A stretch of 64,000 nt of DNA from Vermamoeba vermiformis (Eukaryota): assembly GCA_045837725.1 (NCBI GenBank), contig JBEWZL010000296.1:1-64000 (forward strand). The letters run 5' to 3'. How positions within the stretch are numbered: position 1 is the first letter of the stretch; each line of letters begins with the position of its first letter. The translations under genes and the position numbers were made by a program. The notes below the pieces were generated by a model. It saw only the letters and a list, made by a program, of their open reading frames with translations. It was not told the origin of the DNA and ran no database searches. This document shows positions 12,869 to 25,700 of this stretch, piece by piece.

Positions 12869-15757
12869 TTAAAAGTTCACTTGAAAACCACTTTTGTTGT
12901 CATTGTCCTCGTGCAAACATTTGTCCAATACAATAACCGCTTGTAAAATCAATACCACGTCTTCGCCTAAAAAGGAAAAATGTCGTTAAATAACTGCAAA
13001 GTTTCCCGGATCCAATTTTTTTCACGTACCAGGCACAACTTCAACACCGTACACATCACGTGCTGAGAAGAATTTCTTGGAAACTGTTGCCACGAGACGA
13101 TCGCCGCGCTTAATAGTAAAATCATAGTTTGACACGTCGCCCTTAGCCACCAAATCTTCACCGAACTTCGGATCCACCATTTCAATCTTGAATTTGGGCG
13201 AGAAGAAAGTGAATTTTTGTTTCATCACTGCCATCTTTTGACCACGAATGCTTAGCTTAAAGTGAGGCATACCAAAACGGATCTGAAAAAAAGTTAGTCG
13301 TAGAAAATGATAAAATTTCACGATCGCTTCCATGACAATATTTTTTCACTGGTCATAAGAAATGATGATTACCTTTTGCTTTACTTCGCCCAATTGTTCA
13401 CCTCCAGGCGCATATACTTTCAAATCGTGACCCCATGAGAACGCTAGAATGAGAATGCTGGTTAGACAAGTTGAACCTAGCAATCAGATGCTTATCATTA
13501 TGTCCGTACCTTTTTGATGCGCGTACAAAATCTCCTCTCCGGCTTCGTTGTAAATCTTCATGTCACCAGAGAAGAATCTTTGTTTGATCTTGAACTTCAT
13601 CGGCTTATTGTACACGGTGACCTGGACATCCGTATTAATAATACTATGTCAAAGTTGTTGTGACACGTGTCAACTTACAGCAGGGCCAGTCACAATTGTT
13701 GTTTGTTGAATGATTTGTTGAGGAGGAGGTTGTTGATACACAACTTGACCTAACATTCTGTTAGTTGGTGCACGAGTGACTAATGAGCAAGTATTGCCTA
13801 CCTTGAGGAGGAGGTGCGTAGTGTTGAGGAGGATAAGGAGAGCCAGGTTGAGGCGCGTAGCCTTGAGGAGCAGCGTAGACAACAGGCGCGGGACTGCCGG
13901 GCGGGAGAGGGTTCTTCACAGCACCAGGTTGAGGTGAGGCATAACCAACGGCCACTTGAGGCATTGGCTGGCCTTGAGGAGCACCGTAAGGCTGTCCTTG
14001 TGGCGGTGGTGAGTAGACTATCTGCGGCTGTGAGTTTTGAGGAGGCATGCCGCCCTGTTGAGGAGGTGGCGCGTACATTGGTTGGCCTTGAACTTGGCCA
14101 TGAGGCGGTGGGTACTGACCGGGCTGTTGAGGGGTATTGGTTGGGGTTGTGTTGAGGTGCGTATTGTACTTGGCCTTTAGGAGCTCCAGGCTGTGGTGCG
14201 TATTGGCCCTGGGGAGGTACTTGTTGACCAGGCTGTTGCGGTGCATATTGTACTTGGCCCGGTTGACCAGGTTGTGGTGCGTATTGGCCTTGAGGGGGGT
14301 AAGGCTGCGGCACTTGTCCTTGGCCTTGTACGGGTTGACCAGGTTGTTGTGGCGCGTATTGCACTTGTCCTTGGCCTTGCACGGGTTGACCGGGCTGTTG
14401 TGGCGGGTACTGACCTTGAGGAGCATAGACTTGTTGACCAGGCTGAGGTGCTTGGCCTTGAGGAGGGTAAGGCTGAGGAGCTTGACCTGGTTGCTGTCGT
14501 TGAGGAGGTGGGGGCAGTGGTTTACCGCCTTGACTGCCTTGAGGCTGATGACCATACACGGGCTGTGCACCAGGTTGAGTTCCAGGCTGAGGTGCGTACA
14601 TTGGTTGACCTTGAACTTGACCGTGGGGAGGCGGGTACTGACCGGGCTGTTGAGGTGCGTATTGTACTTGACCTTTAGGAGCTCCTGGTTGTGGCGCGTA
14701 TTGCCCCTGAGGAGGCGCTTGTTGGCCAGGTTGAGGTGCGTACTGGCCTTGAGGAGCTCCTTGCTGGCCAGGCTGTTGTGGCGCGTATTGAGCTTGCGTC
14801 GGCACGCCGGGTTGAGGTGCGTATTGAACTTGACCTTGGCCCTGTGGAGGAGGCGCGTATTGGCCTTGCGGATAATAGTTTTGGCCTTGAGTACCCACGC
14901 CTGGTTGAGCTACAGTACCGTTGCTTTGGGGAGGTGCCTGCTGGTACGAAGTCGGGGGTTGTGGGTACGGGGTCTGGCCATGCTGAGGCGGGTATTGCCC
15001 GGGTGCCCCATACGGTGACTGGCCAGAATTGAAGTTCTGATTGGAGCCAGCGTGTGGTATTTGCGAGGGTTGTGGCGTTTGGACCACTGCGGCTTGTGGC
15101 GGAGTTAAGCCAGGGAACTCAAAGCGCAACAAAATATCACCCTTGACGGGATCTTTTTCTCCTTTCTTTTGGTACAACATATACCATTTTTCAATAGGAG
15201 CCGATTTTGCTGCTTTAATATCTTCCGTTGGAATAATAAATTCTCCCTAAATTTACCAAAAATTAATTTCCGTAAAATGATCCCGAAGAAATTGCGTTTC
15301 TGATCTGATGATGCTTATTGATATAATTACGCATATTTTTCGTCATATATTTTCTTACCATGCTGTCATCTCTACCAACCGCATCCCAATCGTAGCACTG
15401 GCAAGTGATCAAAGACGCGTCCGAAATGTTTCTAGAAAGCAAATTAGACAATCATGAATATTATTATATTATTGACATACTTAATGATAAATTCCTCGTT
15501 CCAAACGGGATCCTGCGTACGAAAGGAAAATTAAAAATTAATTTATTATTTCTTTTTGTATTCGCTTACCAAGGTCTGCTTTTGCTTCTTAGTTTTTTCT
15601 TGCTTTCCGTCTACTTTAAGAACGATATACGGATCCGACTTGCCGCTTTTATCTCTGGCAGCCAGATTTCGACCACGTAAAACTGCGTAAAGGATTCAGT
15701 TATCGTGCTCTTTAATATGATGGTTATATACTTACCAGTAATCTTAAAGTTACTCAT
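12869..15757 (-). CDS. C2 domain + long Pro/Gln/Gly/Tyr low-complexity region + C-terminal LURP-one/tubby-C (scramblase-like) domain; apparent frameshift near 14135
   Basis: C2 motifs SDPYIV, QDPVWNEEF, CYDWDAVGRDDSMG and KGDILLRF. C-terminal KQKFTFFSPKFKI, KGDVSNYDFTIKRG...VATVSKKFFSARDVYGVEV and EDVVLILQAVIVLD. The PQG frame switches between ORFs 13798-15180 and 13761-14570. Confidence 0.8.
13800..15020 (-). repeat. Coding imperfect tandem repeats (QYAPQQPG / PQGQ units)
   Basis: Recurring ggtgcgtattg/gccttgagg units. The block GAPKGQVQYAPQ..PGQYPPPHGQVQGQPMYAP occurs twice (about 14070-14215 and 14590-14710). Confidence 0.85.
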
Positions 15758-15959
15758 TGTGTTGGTTAGAATAAGATTGTGTTCAAAAGAGCGGTTATTA
15801 AAAATTTACGAGTTCTCCACAGTAACACACGTGCGATTATATTGCACCTTCAAGCCTCCTGATCGTAGAATATCTGTGTAATAAATTCAATTAGCGAGGA
15901 AAGCTCTGGCTGGGACTTTTTGACGGGATTGTACGGATGCGCCATTTATTTTTCAACAC

Positions 15960-16032
15960 GGGTTCGTGGCGCAATTGGAAGCGCGCTTGGCTTGCACCCA
16001 TGAGGTACGGGGATCAAAACCCTGCGAATCCA
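15960..16032 (+). tRNA. tRNA-Ala (anticodon UGC)
   Basis: 73-nt cloverleaf: acceptor GGGTTCG/CGAATCC with the G3:U70 Ala determinant, D-stem GCGC/GCGC, anticodon loop CT-TGC-AC, T-arm CGGGG-ATCAAAA-CCCTG, discriminator A. Confidence 0.93.
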
Positions 16033-16036
16033 ATTA

Positions 16037-16043
16037 TTTTTTT
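16037..16043 (+). terminator. RNA polymerase III oligo-T terminator of the tRNA
   Basis: T7 run 5 nt after the tRNA end. Confidence 0.75.
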
Positions 16044-16112
16044 GCCTAAATAACGTTTCTGTTTATTTTAGCATAACAAATCCGTTTTTTTTTGAAAACT
16101 TTCCATCTTTGA

Positions 16113-16865
16113 TTAGTAGGTCGCGGAGTATTCCTTCAAAAATGCAGCCAAGCTTTCGTGCGTTTCGAAGTGGAATCCGTGAGCCTTGCCCCACTCAAGG
16201 ATCTGCTCGTAGCTCATTTCTATAAGGAAAAAGCAAAAAATTAGATCCTTTGTGATTCAAAATTACTTAATTTGACGCACTTTGTTTCTTGGCTTCAACT
16301 AAAAGACCACCAACTGCGGCTCGTTGTCTGAACAAAGGTAAATACAAGATATTAATCGGCGCACGTGTTAATCGGCCTACCCTTGCATGCAGTGAATCAA
16401 GATGGGCTTGGGCATAGTTTCAATAGCTTCGATAATTTGAGGAGCGGAGTTCTTAAGTTCGCCAAGGTGCTACACAAGATCGAGCAAAATGTCAGATCTG
16501 GATCTAGAATTCCTTTTGATTATTTATCGTTTTACCTTTACGCAAACGTTCTTGTATTGCAAGCCTAATTGTTGAGCAACATCTCCTTCTTCTTTCATAA
16601 AAGCTGGAGACGGATCCGGAGTTAGTTGCATTAAACTCAATTAATTACTATTGCAACTTAGTAAGCGAATTGAATGATTCTTGATTCAAACATATGTATA
16701 TTGTAATTAATTGTAAAAATACTCACTTTGCTCTTCAGTGTCACGCAAGTTGAGAACAGATGCTATGCCCTTTTGTTCTTTAGTTTGCTTCAATGACTCA
16801 GCATCGGGTTGCGATGCGAATAACAAATCCTTAGTAATTTCGATGCCTACTTTTCTATCAGCCAT
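16113..16865 (-). CDS. DUF442 / Blh-type PTP-fold protein (putative sulfurtransferase or phosphatase)
   Basis: Spliced: ASQPD...GIASVLNLRDTEE...LGLQY...PKPILIHCMQGQRAA, a C-x4-R loop assembled across an intron. Confidence 0.75.
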
Positions 16866-17052
16866 GTTGTACTTTGTTTTGAGGTTGACTTTCAAATAAA
16901 TTTTTTAACGCTGTCAGCGCGACGAGCCTCCCTCACGGAATGTTCCGACCGAGTTAGTTTGGAAATTTACTTTGACAGTTTATTTAATATTACATTAATT
17001 TGAATACCTAAGAATACTTAATCTTCAAACACATCCGCTTAGATCTAGATCT

Positions 17053-19567
17053 TTAAGGGAGGATGCGAGAGACGACAGTCTTGTTCTCCAAGTAAGGACG
17101 AAGACCTTCTTCACCGAGCTCGCGACCGAGACCGGAGTTCTTGAAGCCACCGAAGGGCAATGCGGCGTCAAAGACGTCGTAGCAGTTGACGTAGACCTAG
17201 GAAAGGAGATCAGCATCTAGCTCAAACGTGGAAGATGAAAAACTACTTACGGTACCGGCACGCAACTTGCTAGTGAGGTAGTGAGCCTTTTGGATGTCCT
17301 TGGTGAAGACAGCAGCACCCAAACCGTAGATAGTGTTGTTAGCACGCTTGACGACTTCATCCAAGTCCTTGAAGGGCATGATGCTCATGACAGGGCCGAA
17401 GATTTCCTATTAACACAAGGCAATTAGCTACCTATGTTTTTGACACTAGATGTCGAGTTACTTACTTCTTGAGCGATCTTCATGCTATCCTTGACATCAG
17501 CGAAGACGGTGGGTTGCACGAAGTAGCCCTTGTCACCAACACGAGCACCACCAGTGGTGAGGGTGGCTCCTTCCTTCTTGCCCGAGGCAATGTAGCTGAG
17601 GACCTTGTCGAATTGATCCTTGTCGACTTGAGGACCTTGGCGAGTGTTGGGGTTCATTGGGTCACCGACAACACGTTCTTTGGCCAACTTGGTGCTACGC
17701 TCGACAACTTCGGCGTAGACCTTTTGTTCGACGAGCAAACGTGAGCCAGCAATGCAGCACTGGCCTTGGTTCAAGAACAGACCCAAGTGAGCTTGTTGCA
17801 CGGCGTGTTCGATATCAGCGTCGTTGAAGATGATGTTGGGAGACTTGCCACCGAGTTCGAGAGTGACACCTGCCAGAGTTTCAGACCGTGCACCAATCAC
17901 GTGATCAACACAATGCAGACTTACGCTTCAAGTTACCGCCCGAAGCAGCGTTCTTCAAGACGAGCAAACCGACTTCAGTTGAGCCAGTGAAGGCAACCTT
18001 GTCGATCTTAGGGTGAGTGGAGATGGCAGCACCAGCGGTGGGACCGTAGCCAGGCAAGATGTTCAAGACACCAGCAGGGAATCCAGCTTCAACGGCCAAC
18101 TCTCCGATGCGCAAAGCAGTCAAAGGAGTTTGTTCAGCAGGCTGCACGTTTCAACGTTAGCACCGGCTCTCTTTGTTCAAACTCATCTTATCTTACCTTC
18201 ATAACAACGGTGCAACCAGCGGCAAAGGCGGGACCGAGTTTCCAAGCTTGCATCAACAAGGGCTGTTCAGTGAATTAGTCTCGGAACACGCGTCACGAAT
18301 AAACGAGATTTGGATTATTATGCCATAATAGGCAACTTTACTCTATTTGAGGTAATACTTACGAAGTTCCAAGGAATGATTTGACCGACAACACCAACGG
18401 GTTCGTATTGAGTGTAAGTGAAGTGCTTGTTGCCAGCAACAGGGCCAGAGGCATTGACTACCTTGCCGTGGATCTTATCAGCCCCTATATTATTTCTTCG
18501 TATTAGTCTTGTTACGGAGTATGCATGCAGCACGGAAGCAAGTAAATCTCCGCGTCAAGCTTTGCGGCTTGTTAATACTTACATCCGGCGTAGTATCTGT
18601 AGCATTGAATAACCAAGGCAAGATCAACGTTGTAGGCCTCAAAGTAAGACTTGCCGTTGTCGAGTACTAAATGAAATCCGAAAGTTAAAGCGCGAAAATA
18701 ATCAGGTACGGTATTTCAAACCGGCAAAAATATTAATATTAATGTTAGGATAAAATTTCTAAGATTTACAACTTATCAGGGTTGAAGGAAAGGATTTTTC
18801 AGGATTCGCGAAATTGAATCCACAAAATTTTTCCTGAGGGAAATTTATCGATTGCGTAAATAATGAGCTTTATTACCTTCCAAACGAGCGAGCTCTTCTC
18901 TGTTCTTTTCAATGAGATCTGCCAATTTGTTCATCAAACGACCTCTCTCGTAGCCGCCCATTTGGGACCAAGGACCTTCATAGAAAGCCTTGTGCGCAGC
19001 CTCAACTACGTAATAATATTATTAGAATATTAGCACTTCCAGAGGAGATTCAGAGCGGTGCTATTTCGGTCGGATTTGCTAATTTTAGAAAATATCTCAA
19101 ATAAGAATGGCGAGCTCAAAAGAGTTGAAAATATTTAATTAAAATGATCCTCTAGTATTTGAGCTGATTTTCTCGCCTTTTTGCAAAGAGTAAATCACGC
19201 AACTAATAATTTCCGCCTTCTAACTGAAAACTTTTTCTTACCTGCAATATCAACGTCGGCCTTGTCAGCTTCAGCCACTTGAGTAATGACTTGTTCAGTA
19301 GCGGGGTTCAGAGTAGGGAACGTCTTTCCTGAAACAGCAGGAACGAACTGGTTGTTGATCAACAGCTTGGTTTGGTAACTTCGCTTAGAAGTAGAAAACA
19401 AGCTTGATCGGACCTATATAATATCGTGTCAATATTAAATATGAAATAGACTCATATTCAAGCCCGAAACTTAATTAGTAGACACAACGTTTCAATTCAA
19501 ATCTAAATTGATGAAGGGTTACCTTCTTAGAACCACCGCGGACGAGCTTAAGGGCGTTCGAGAGCAT
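17053..19567 (-). CDS. ALDH2: Aldehyde dehydrogenase, ALDH1/2 family, with a mitochondrial-type presequence
   Basis: [55 protein letters not shown] and [10 protein letters not shown]-terminus [14 protein letters not shown] is basic and free of acidic residues. Confidence 0.95.
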
Positions 19568-19973
19568 GTCGAATTAATAGTTAACAGATGTGGTGTTGAT
19601 ATTGAAGAGAAGAGTTGAAAAGAATCTTCTGGTTGGAGAAAAAAAAATAAATTTTGACGTCTTTCAGTGAATCACGATAAACACTTTTGTGGGAAGTAGG
19701 TCCACAATAAAGTTAAGTTAGCGCATACGATCTTGAAAATTGGAAATATGGAGGCAGATTTTACTAAAAATATCGGCTATTTTGTCCGCGCATCCAAAAC
19801 CACGAAGGAATCCTCTAAAATATTAAATCAAAGAATTTGATTACAATTAAATTTAAGAACGCAATTTCCATTGAGCTACTCTTTTTTTTTTTTCTTTTTT
19901 GGTGCGAGTGATCTTTTTGAGATTTGACTGATGACGCAAGTCCAACAAAATTTTTCAAGTTGAATACCACAAC

Positions 19974-22685
19974 ATGTTTGGCGGTATTAAGAAGCTCGTA
20001 GGTGCATTAGGCACTGTACGAAAGATAGCCGTTGGTGCACTACTTATCGGCGGTGTTGGTATGTACCAAGGAAATTTGACGAATTTAGATCTGGTAAAGT
20101 GAGCCCAGATTTTTTTGCAATTTTTAATATATCATCCAAGGGCGCTTAGTCAATAAATTATTCAAATAACGTTGTTTAATGCATTGCTAATTTATAGAAA
20201 TATTTTCTAATTTTTGAATTAGTTTATTATCAGAACCAAAAGCAGCTTATGCTAGAACGTGCCAAGAAATCAGTATACGTTCTCAAGGTATGTATTATTT
20301 GATGCCAATCAAAAATATTCCGGCTTGCCTAGCGAATGAAAGTGACGGCAAATTTTTTGGCTGCATCTAGTGAACTCATAGTGAATCTCCTCTTTTAGGT
20401 GGACTTCAACAAAGAGCAGTTCGAAGATGTTCAACCACGAGCATACTTCAATATGGGCGTTAAAGGTCCTGGTTTGACAATTTCGGATCTGGATCGCGTA
20501 CTGAAAATTGCAGCCGCTGACAAACGTACGAAGGGCCGTTAGTACTATCGATGGCACGTTAAACTCACCTGTTCGATTTATAGGAGTATTTGGCATCATC
20601 GGTGACGTTAGCGTGACGACTTCAGATCTCAAGTTCGCCAAAGTGCAAGAGCTCATCGAGGCTTTTGAGCGATTTAAATTTACCGAGTAAGTTTACATCT
20701 ATTAGTAGCAATAACAGCCAATTAATTATTTTTGTGATAACGTTACTCGTTTGTATTGACTTTACTTTTTCAGCCCGTCCAAGCCTGTTATCATGTTTGC
20801 AGACACGTTCGGTGAATTATTTCCCGCCAATATGGCGTACTCACTCGCGACAGTGGCCAATATTATTTGCATGCAGCCTTCAGGCATGGTCTCGTTGGGC
20901 TCATTAGGCGCTGAGATCCCGTTCTTCAGAGGCCTATTCGACAAGCTGAAAATCGAGCCAAAGTACGTACCTCGCAGGAGCTCTTGATTAATTAACTATT
21001 ACTGACTTAATTCGGCCAGGTTTGTGAAGAGAAGTGACTACAAGACTGCACCTAACAGTTGGACTGAAAGTAGTTTGACGGAGGCCCATAAACAACAAAC
21101 ATTTGATTTGCTATCATCGTTGAATGCGCAAATTCAAGGAATTATCTCTAAAGAGCGTGGTATTGGAATTAACAGAACACAACAGATCATGGACGGAGGG
21201 CCACTTTACGGTAAAATTTCACCGCTACTTACTTTTTAATCGACCCAACTGACTTACTATATTAGGCAATGAGGCAAAAGAAGCAGGTTTAATCGATGAA
21301 TTTACACCTAACGGCCCGTCAACACTGTCCACGTTGTGCGCTACTAGATTGAAAGAACGATTAGCAGAGTACAAAGTCACGCCACAACAGCTGCGTCAAG
21401 TCTCGCTCAAAGAGTACTTGGCAGATCCCATCGTGCGACAGGCTATGAAAACTGTCAAAACTGAGCTCGACAAGGACAAGCAAGAAGTCGCCGTACTCTA
21501 CGTTAACGGCATGATTGTGCGCGGTGGTGACAAACGGCCTGGCGTGGCTTCTGCACAAAAGATTTGCAAACGTAAGTACACCCCGAACTTAATTCAATTA
21601 GCTGCCGTCGCTCGAAATGATTTATAAGTGACACGTGATTGATCGAGTTGTTCGTAGAGCTGGAAAAGTTAGCGGCCAATCCCGAAGTCAAATCAGTAGT
21701 TCTGCGCATCAACTCGCCTGGTGGCTCATCAGTGGCCAGTCAAGCCATTTACAGCAGCGTGATGAACTGTAGAGCTGCAGGCAAGAAAGTCTACGTGTCA
21801 ATGGGTGACGTGGCAGCCTCGGGCGGATATTTAATTGCTGCTGGAGCGGACAAGATCTTTGCTACTGGTGCTACGTTAACTGGTTCTATTGGTGCCTTTG
21901 GTGGAAAATTCTTGGTCAAGAAGTTCTTGCACGACATTTTGGGCGTGAACATTGAAGAAGTGCAATTAACGTAAGTTCATACCGTGTATTTCAAACAAAC
22001 CTTAATCGCCTCTTTCAGTGAAAACTCGAATGCATTCTCGCTGATGAAAGATTGGGATGAAAAACAAGAAAAACAAATGAACCGATTGATCGATATCGTA
22101 AGTCACAATGATTGGCTAAAACATCTTCTCGATAGCTCATTCTTCGTTAGACGTACGATGACTTCAAGACAGTCGTCGCAGAGGGTCGCAAGATGACGAA
22201 GGAACAAGTCGAGTCCTTGGCCCAGGGACGCGTGTACACTGGCATGCAAGCCATGGCCAACGGTCTCGTAGACGACTTTGGCAGCTTGTCTGATGTCGTG
22301 CGCATTGCTCAGCAAGGTACGTAACGACGTCTCCTTAAGCGCGTTCAATGAACTTTGTATTCACTGAATCTCGTTCGCAGAATCTGGCGTGCGAAAGGTC
22401 GTGGAATATCCCAAGAAGAAAACACTTTGGGACTTGCTCAAAAAGAAGAAAGGCAAGTCAAAAAAGAGATATTTATCACGTGCATATCTAATGTACTGTC
22501 TTTTAGTTCCTAATGACGTCGTGGCCGATGTTAGTGCCGTCAAAACACAGCTGTTCGAACAAGTCCAGTTAGCGATGATCGAATCCAACCCTGTCATGCG
22601 TCACGTGCTCGAAGCTTATCGCAAGAACGAGTCAAACAGCGATATAGAGATGTCATCAGATCTCGATAAGATTAAGTTCAAATAA
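19974..22685 (+). CDS. sppA: Signal peptide peptidase SppA (protease IV, peptidase S49, two-domain type)
   Basis: SDYKTA (catalytic Lys motif), LRINSPGGS, SMGDVAASGGYLIA, TLTGSIG and AQGRVYTG..A..NGLVD. Short N-terminal hydrophobic anchor. Confidence 0.9.
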
Positions 22686-22748
22686 TTTGTAACGTCTTTC
22701 GTCGACTTGTTCAAAAAATGTAAATTTTTTCTCGCATCCCTCTTGACA

Positions 22749-23786
22749 ATGCAACAACAAGTCACAGTAAGAAACATTCGTAAATTATAACGAATGGTGA
22801 ATTAATACATGCCACCAGGTTGATGATTCGAGCGTTCTGGCTCAGACAAAGGATAGAAAAATACTTGGATCTTTTAATACTTTGTTCCCGAAAATAGTAG
22901 AAAAATGATCACAAATTCTACGAAAAGAAAGAGGCAAAATTAATTGGCACTAGAGGGGACCGAGAAACCCACCCGCACAACTCAAAAAAAAAAACGATAT
23001 CAAAATTAGTACCTCGTGTCAGATGATGCCATTGTCGTTATAAAAGCAAATCAATTGGAAGTAAAGTATATAGTTTAGAAGAAAACGCTGGACACGACAA
23101 AATATAAAGCCTTCAAGAAGAATAGAGATTTATTAGCACGGAAGTTTGTATGACGAGATCAAGAGGAGTTAAGAGGGATGGATTAAAAATCAAACGATTA
23201 TGCATCGTCGAGAGTACCAGCTGAGCGAGAAGAAGCAAAGCTATTGGCGGGTATAGAGAACCATCCATCTTTGGAGAAATTAACGTTACGCGATAATTTT
23301 CTTCAAGGAGATTCGGTCAAGTGGATTTGCCAAGGCTTAAAGCTGAACTCGTCATTGCAAAAGGTAGATATCGCACGCATCAATGCAACAATGGAAAATA
23401 TATCGTATATATGCGATATGCTGAAGTCTAACGAGTCCTTACTGCGCCTTAACATGTTTACGTACACTTCGCTTTCGAAAAATATGGTAGAAATGTTGAT
23501 AGAAGCAATTTCATCGAATAAGACAATAGAAGATATACGGATATATACAACAGGCTATTTAATCTGTCAATACGAACTCGACCAGAATAAACTCGGCAAA
23601 AAAGATCTGCAACGTGATTGGTGGATTTTATCGCACAACATTGCGCGCGCGATGAGACACGTGTCATTTGCAGTGTTTCCAAGCGAAGTGTGGCTGCTGA
23701 TCTTCTCGCACATGAGATATCGTGGCATCACTTCATTTGAAACTATTGCTCGTAAAGCCTTTAGAAAGTATCATCTGCTATCCTAG
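22749..23786 (+). pseudogene. Degenerate RNI-like LRR gene with a C-terminal F-box-like motif; paralog of 25701-27293
   Basis: Same first mini-exon and donor as the paralog (atgcaacaacaagtcaca|gtaagaaacat). Early stop near 22907, shortened and out-of-frame middle, intact only 23244-23786. Confidence 0.65.
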
Positions 23787-23983
23787 CCAATCGCAAGTTA
23801 GTTGTACCTAATTCGTTAATAGTAATAATAATAAAGATTTTTAATCGCTATTCGTAGAACGGCATTGACCAATAGCAGACGGAGAAAGTTTCAACGAATT
23901 TACACGTGCTTCAAATAAAGCATAAAGAAAACTAATGCCAGTTTCTGAAACCAAAACTCACTCTAAAATCAACACAAGACACC

Positions 23984-24115
23984 ATGGGCTATCCTAATGT
24001 TTTGGCTGACGTTTGGCAAGACGATAACGGAGATCTCAACTTCTACGGCAAAGAATGCGACGGTAACGGCATCCCTATTGCATCGACCGAAAACAACGCC
24101 TTTGTCACTAAATAA
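23984..24115 (+). CDS. Putative 43-aa microprotein MGYPNVLADVWQDDNGDLNFYGKECDGNGIPIASTENNAFVTK
   Basis: Intronless ORF with C-ending codon bias, an A/C-rich leader (aatcaacacaagacaccATG), a TAA stop and a downstream AATAAA near 24211. Confidence 0.55.
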   Translation: MGYPNVLADVWQDDNGDLNFYGKECDGNGIPIASTENNAFVTK

Positions 24116-24275
24116 TTGACCTCTTCAATGAATGGACCCTAGCATAGTCTCGGAAGCGGTCCACTGTTGCATTAAATTTGTTCCTTAACTTGGAACCCAG
24201 TACAATTATTAATAAATCTTATTTCATTGTTTATTTATTCAACGAATTGCTGTGTTATTGAGACATAGGAGGTGG

Positions 24276-25231
24276 TCACATCTGAATGCCTGCAAGAAGC
24301 GTCAGTTGAAGGTTTGTAGTTCGGATCAAGACCCCTGTTACTTACTGCAAGTATTAGGACCGTTTTGTACAAACTGCAATGTGTATTTGGGTTCAGTAAC
24401 ATCCACTGCTAAGCGATAATTGCCTACAAGAACATTTTGAGTTTAGTTGAAAAATTTCGAAGGATCGTTGGCCAGTACCTGGCGCTGGGTTATCGAGCGT
24501 CAAACAATCATAATAGCGAGTAGGCACCGCTTCCCACATGTTGCGGTAAACTGGATAATACAAAGTGGAGTTCGTGAGGTAAATCATGTTGGATCCGACG
24601 GCAATAGGATTGCCCTGGTTGACGGCTTGGAAACGTTGGACTCGGCGATCAATGGAAAGCTGATAGAAGACATATGAATTGACAATACCAGTGTCGTTTC
24701 TGGCTCGTCGATCTCTTAATGTGTAAGGGCCTTCAAATCTGTCAGATCTTCAAAGTGTTTACAAAGATACGCATACCTTGAGCCGTAGCTAGGAGAGAAT
24801 ACTTGGTGGCAGTGTATCCGTACACTCCAATATATAATCGTGTTTTGTTCATTACTCCCGTGTTCAGGTCGACGTTTGGATTCGGAATAGTTTTTGTAAA
24901 GTTGTTCGTATTTTCTTTCTTCCAAAAATAATTCGAAAACGTAGGCAACGAAGAGTATTGAAAATAGTAGAAAGGATCTCCCTGTTAATTAAAAACATGC
25001 GCTTAATTTAAACCCAGATTATTTATTACTAATGCAACGTACCGCAGAAGCAACCGAAGCAATGCTAACGTAGTTGATGGTAGATTCCGAAAGCTCTACG
25101 TAAAAATAAGACCACGATTGACGAGCTGTGCTAGCTCGAACAGTAAATCCAGGGCTAAGTTTTGTGGGGGTTTGCGCAGTGACCAAGACCAATAGCACTG
25201 CGATGAAAATCAGAACTCGCTGCATGTACAT
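24276..25231 (-). CDS. Secreted protein with two beta-sandwich (PPC-like) repeats
   Basis: Signal peptide MQRVLIFIAVLLVLVTA. Motifs WSYFYV...GDP..Y...LPT...LYIGVYG...YSL and a second similar unit (YVFYQL...NPAPGNYRLAV), joined by introns. Confidence 0.6.
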
Positions 25232-25700
25232 TGTGATGTGGTATCAATACGTGAACTGTCTTTGCAATGAGCGCTGAACCGGACTTCTTTTCGCTTTACG
25301 AAGGTTCCAGATCCTGTGAATTAGTAAGTACAGTGTGAATTCATAGGTCCATTGCACACAGGTATGCCCCAGTTAACCAGTACCATTCTTTCATTCACAG
25401 CAAACGTTGAGAATAGTTTTTTTGTTTAGCTCGTTTTTGGGTCACGTTCTAATGCTGTGACAAAGCTCGCCGCTGCAAACTCTAGCGCCGACACGATCTA
25501 AAAGAGTCAATGTACATCGCGTTAAAACGGTGCTACGTTAAGGTTTGTACCCGCCCTGTAGCTCTGTGGATCTGCTTGGAAGAACTGTTAGAACATATTT
25601 CGCGATGCTCAGCGGCACGGGACGAGATGTCATTAAGGAATTTCTTTGACACGTGTCAACAAGCTGGTCGTATTTTTTGTCTTGGAACAATATTTCACCA

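Noticed and set aside
13814-15032. Long plus-strand ORFs (13814-14155, 14137-15018, 14193-14678, 14691-15032)
   Set aside because: Antisense shadows of the repetitive PQG coding region, with no independent protein features.
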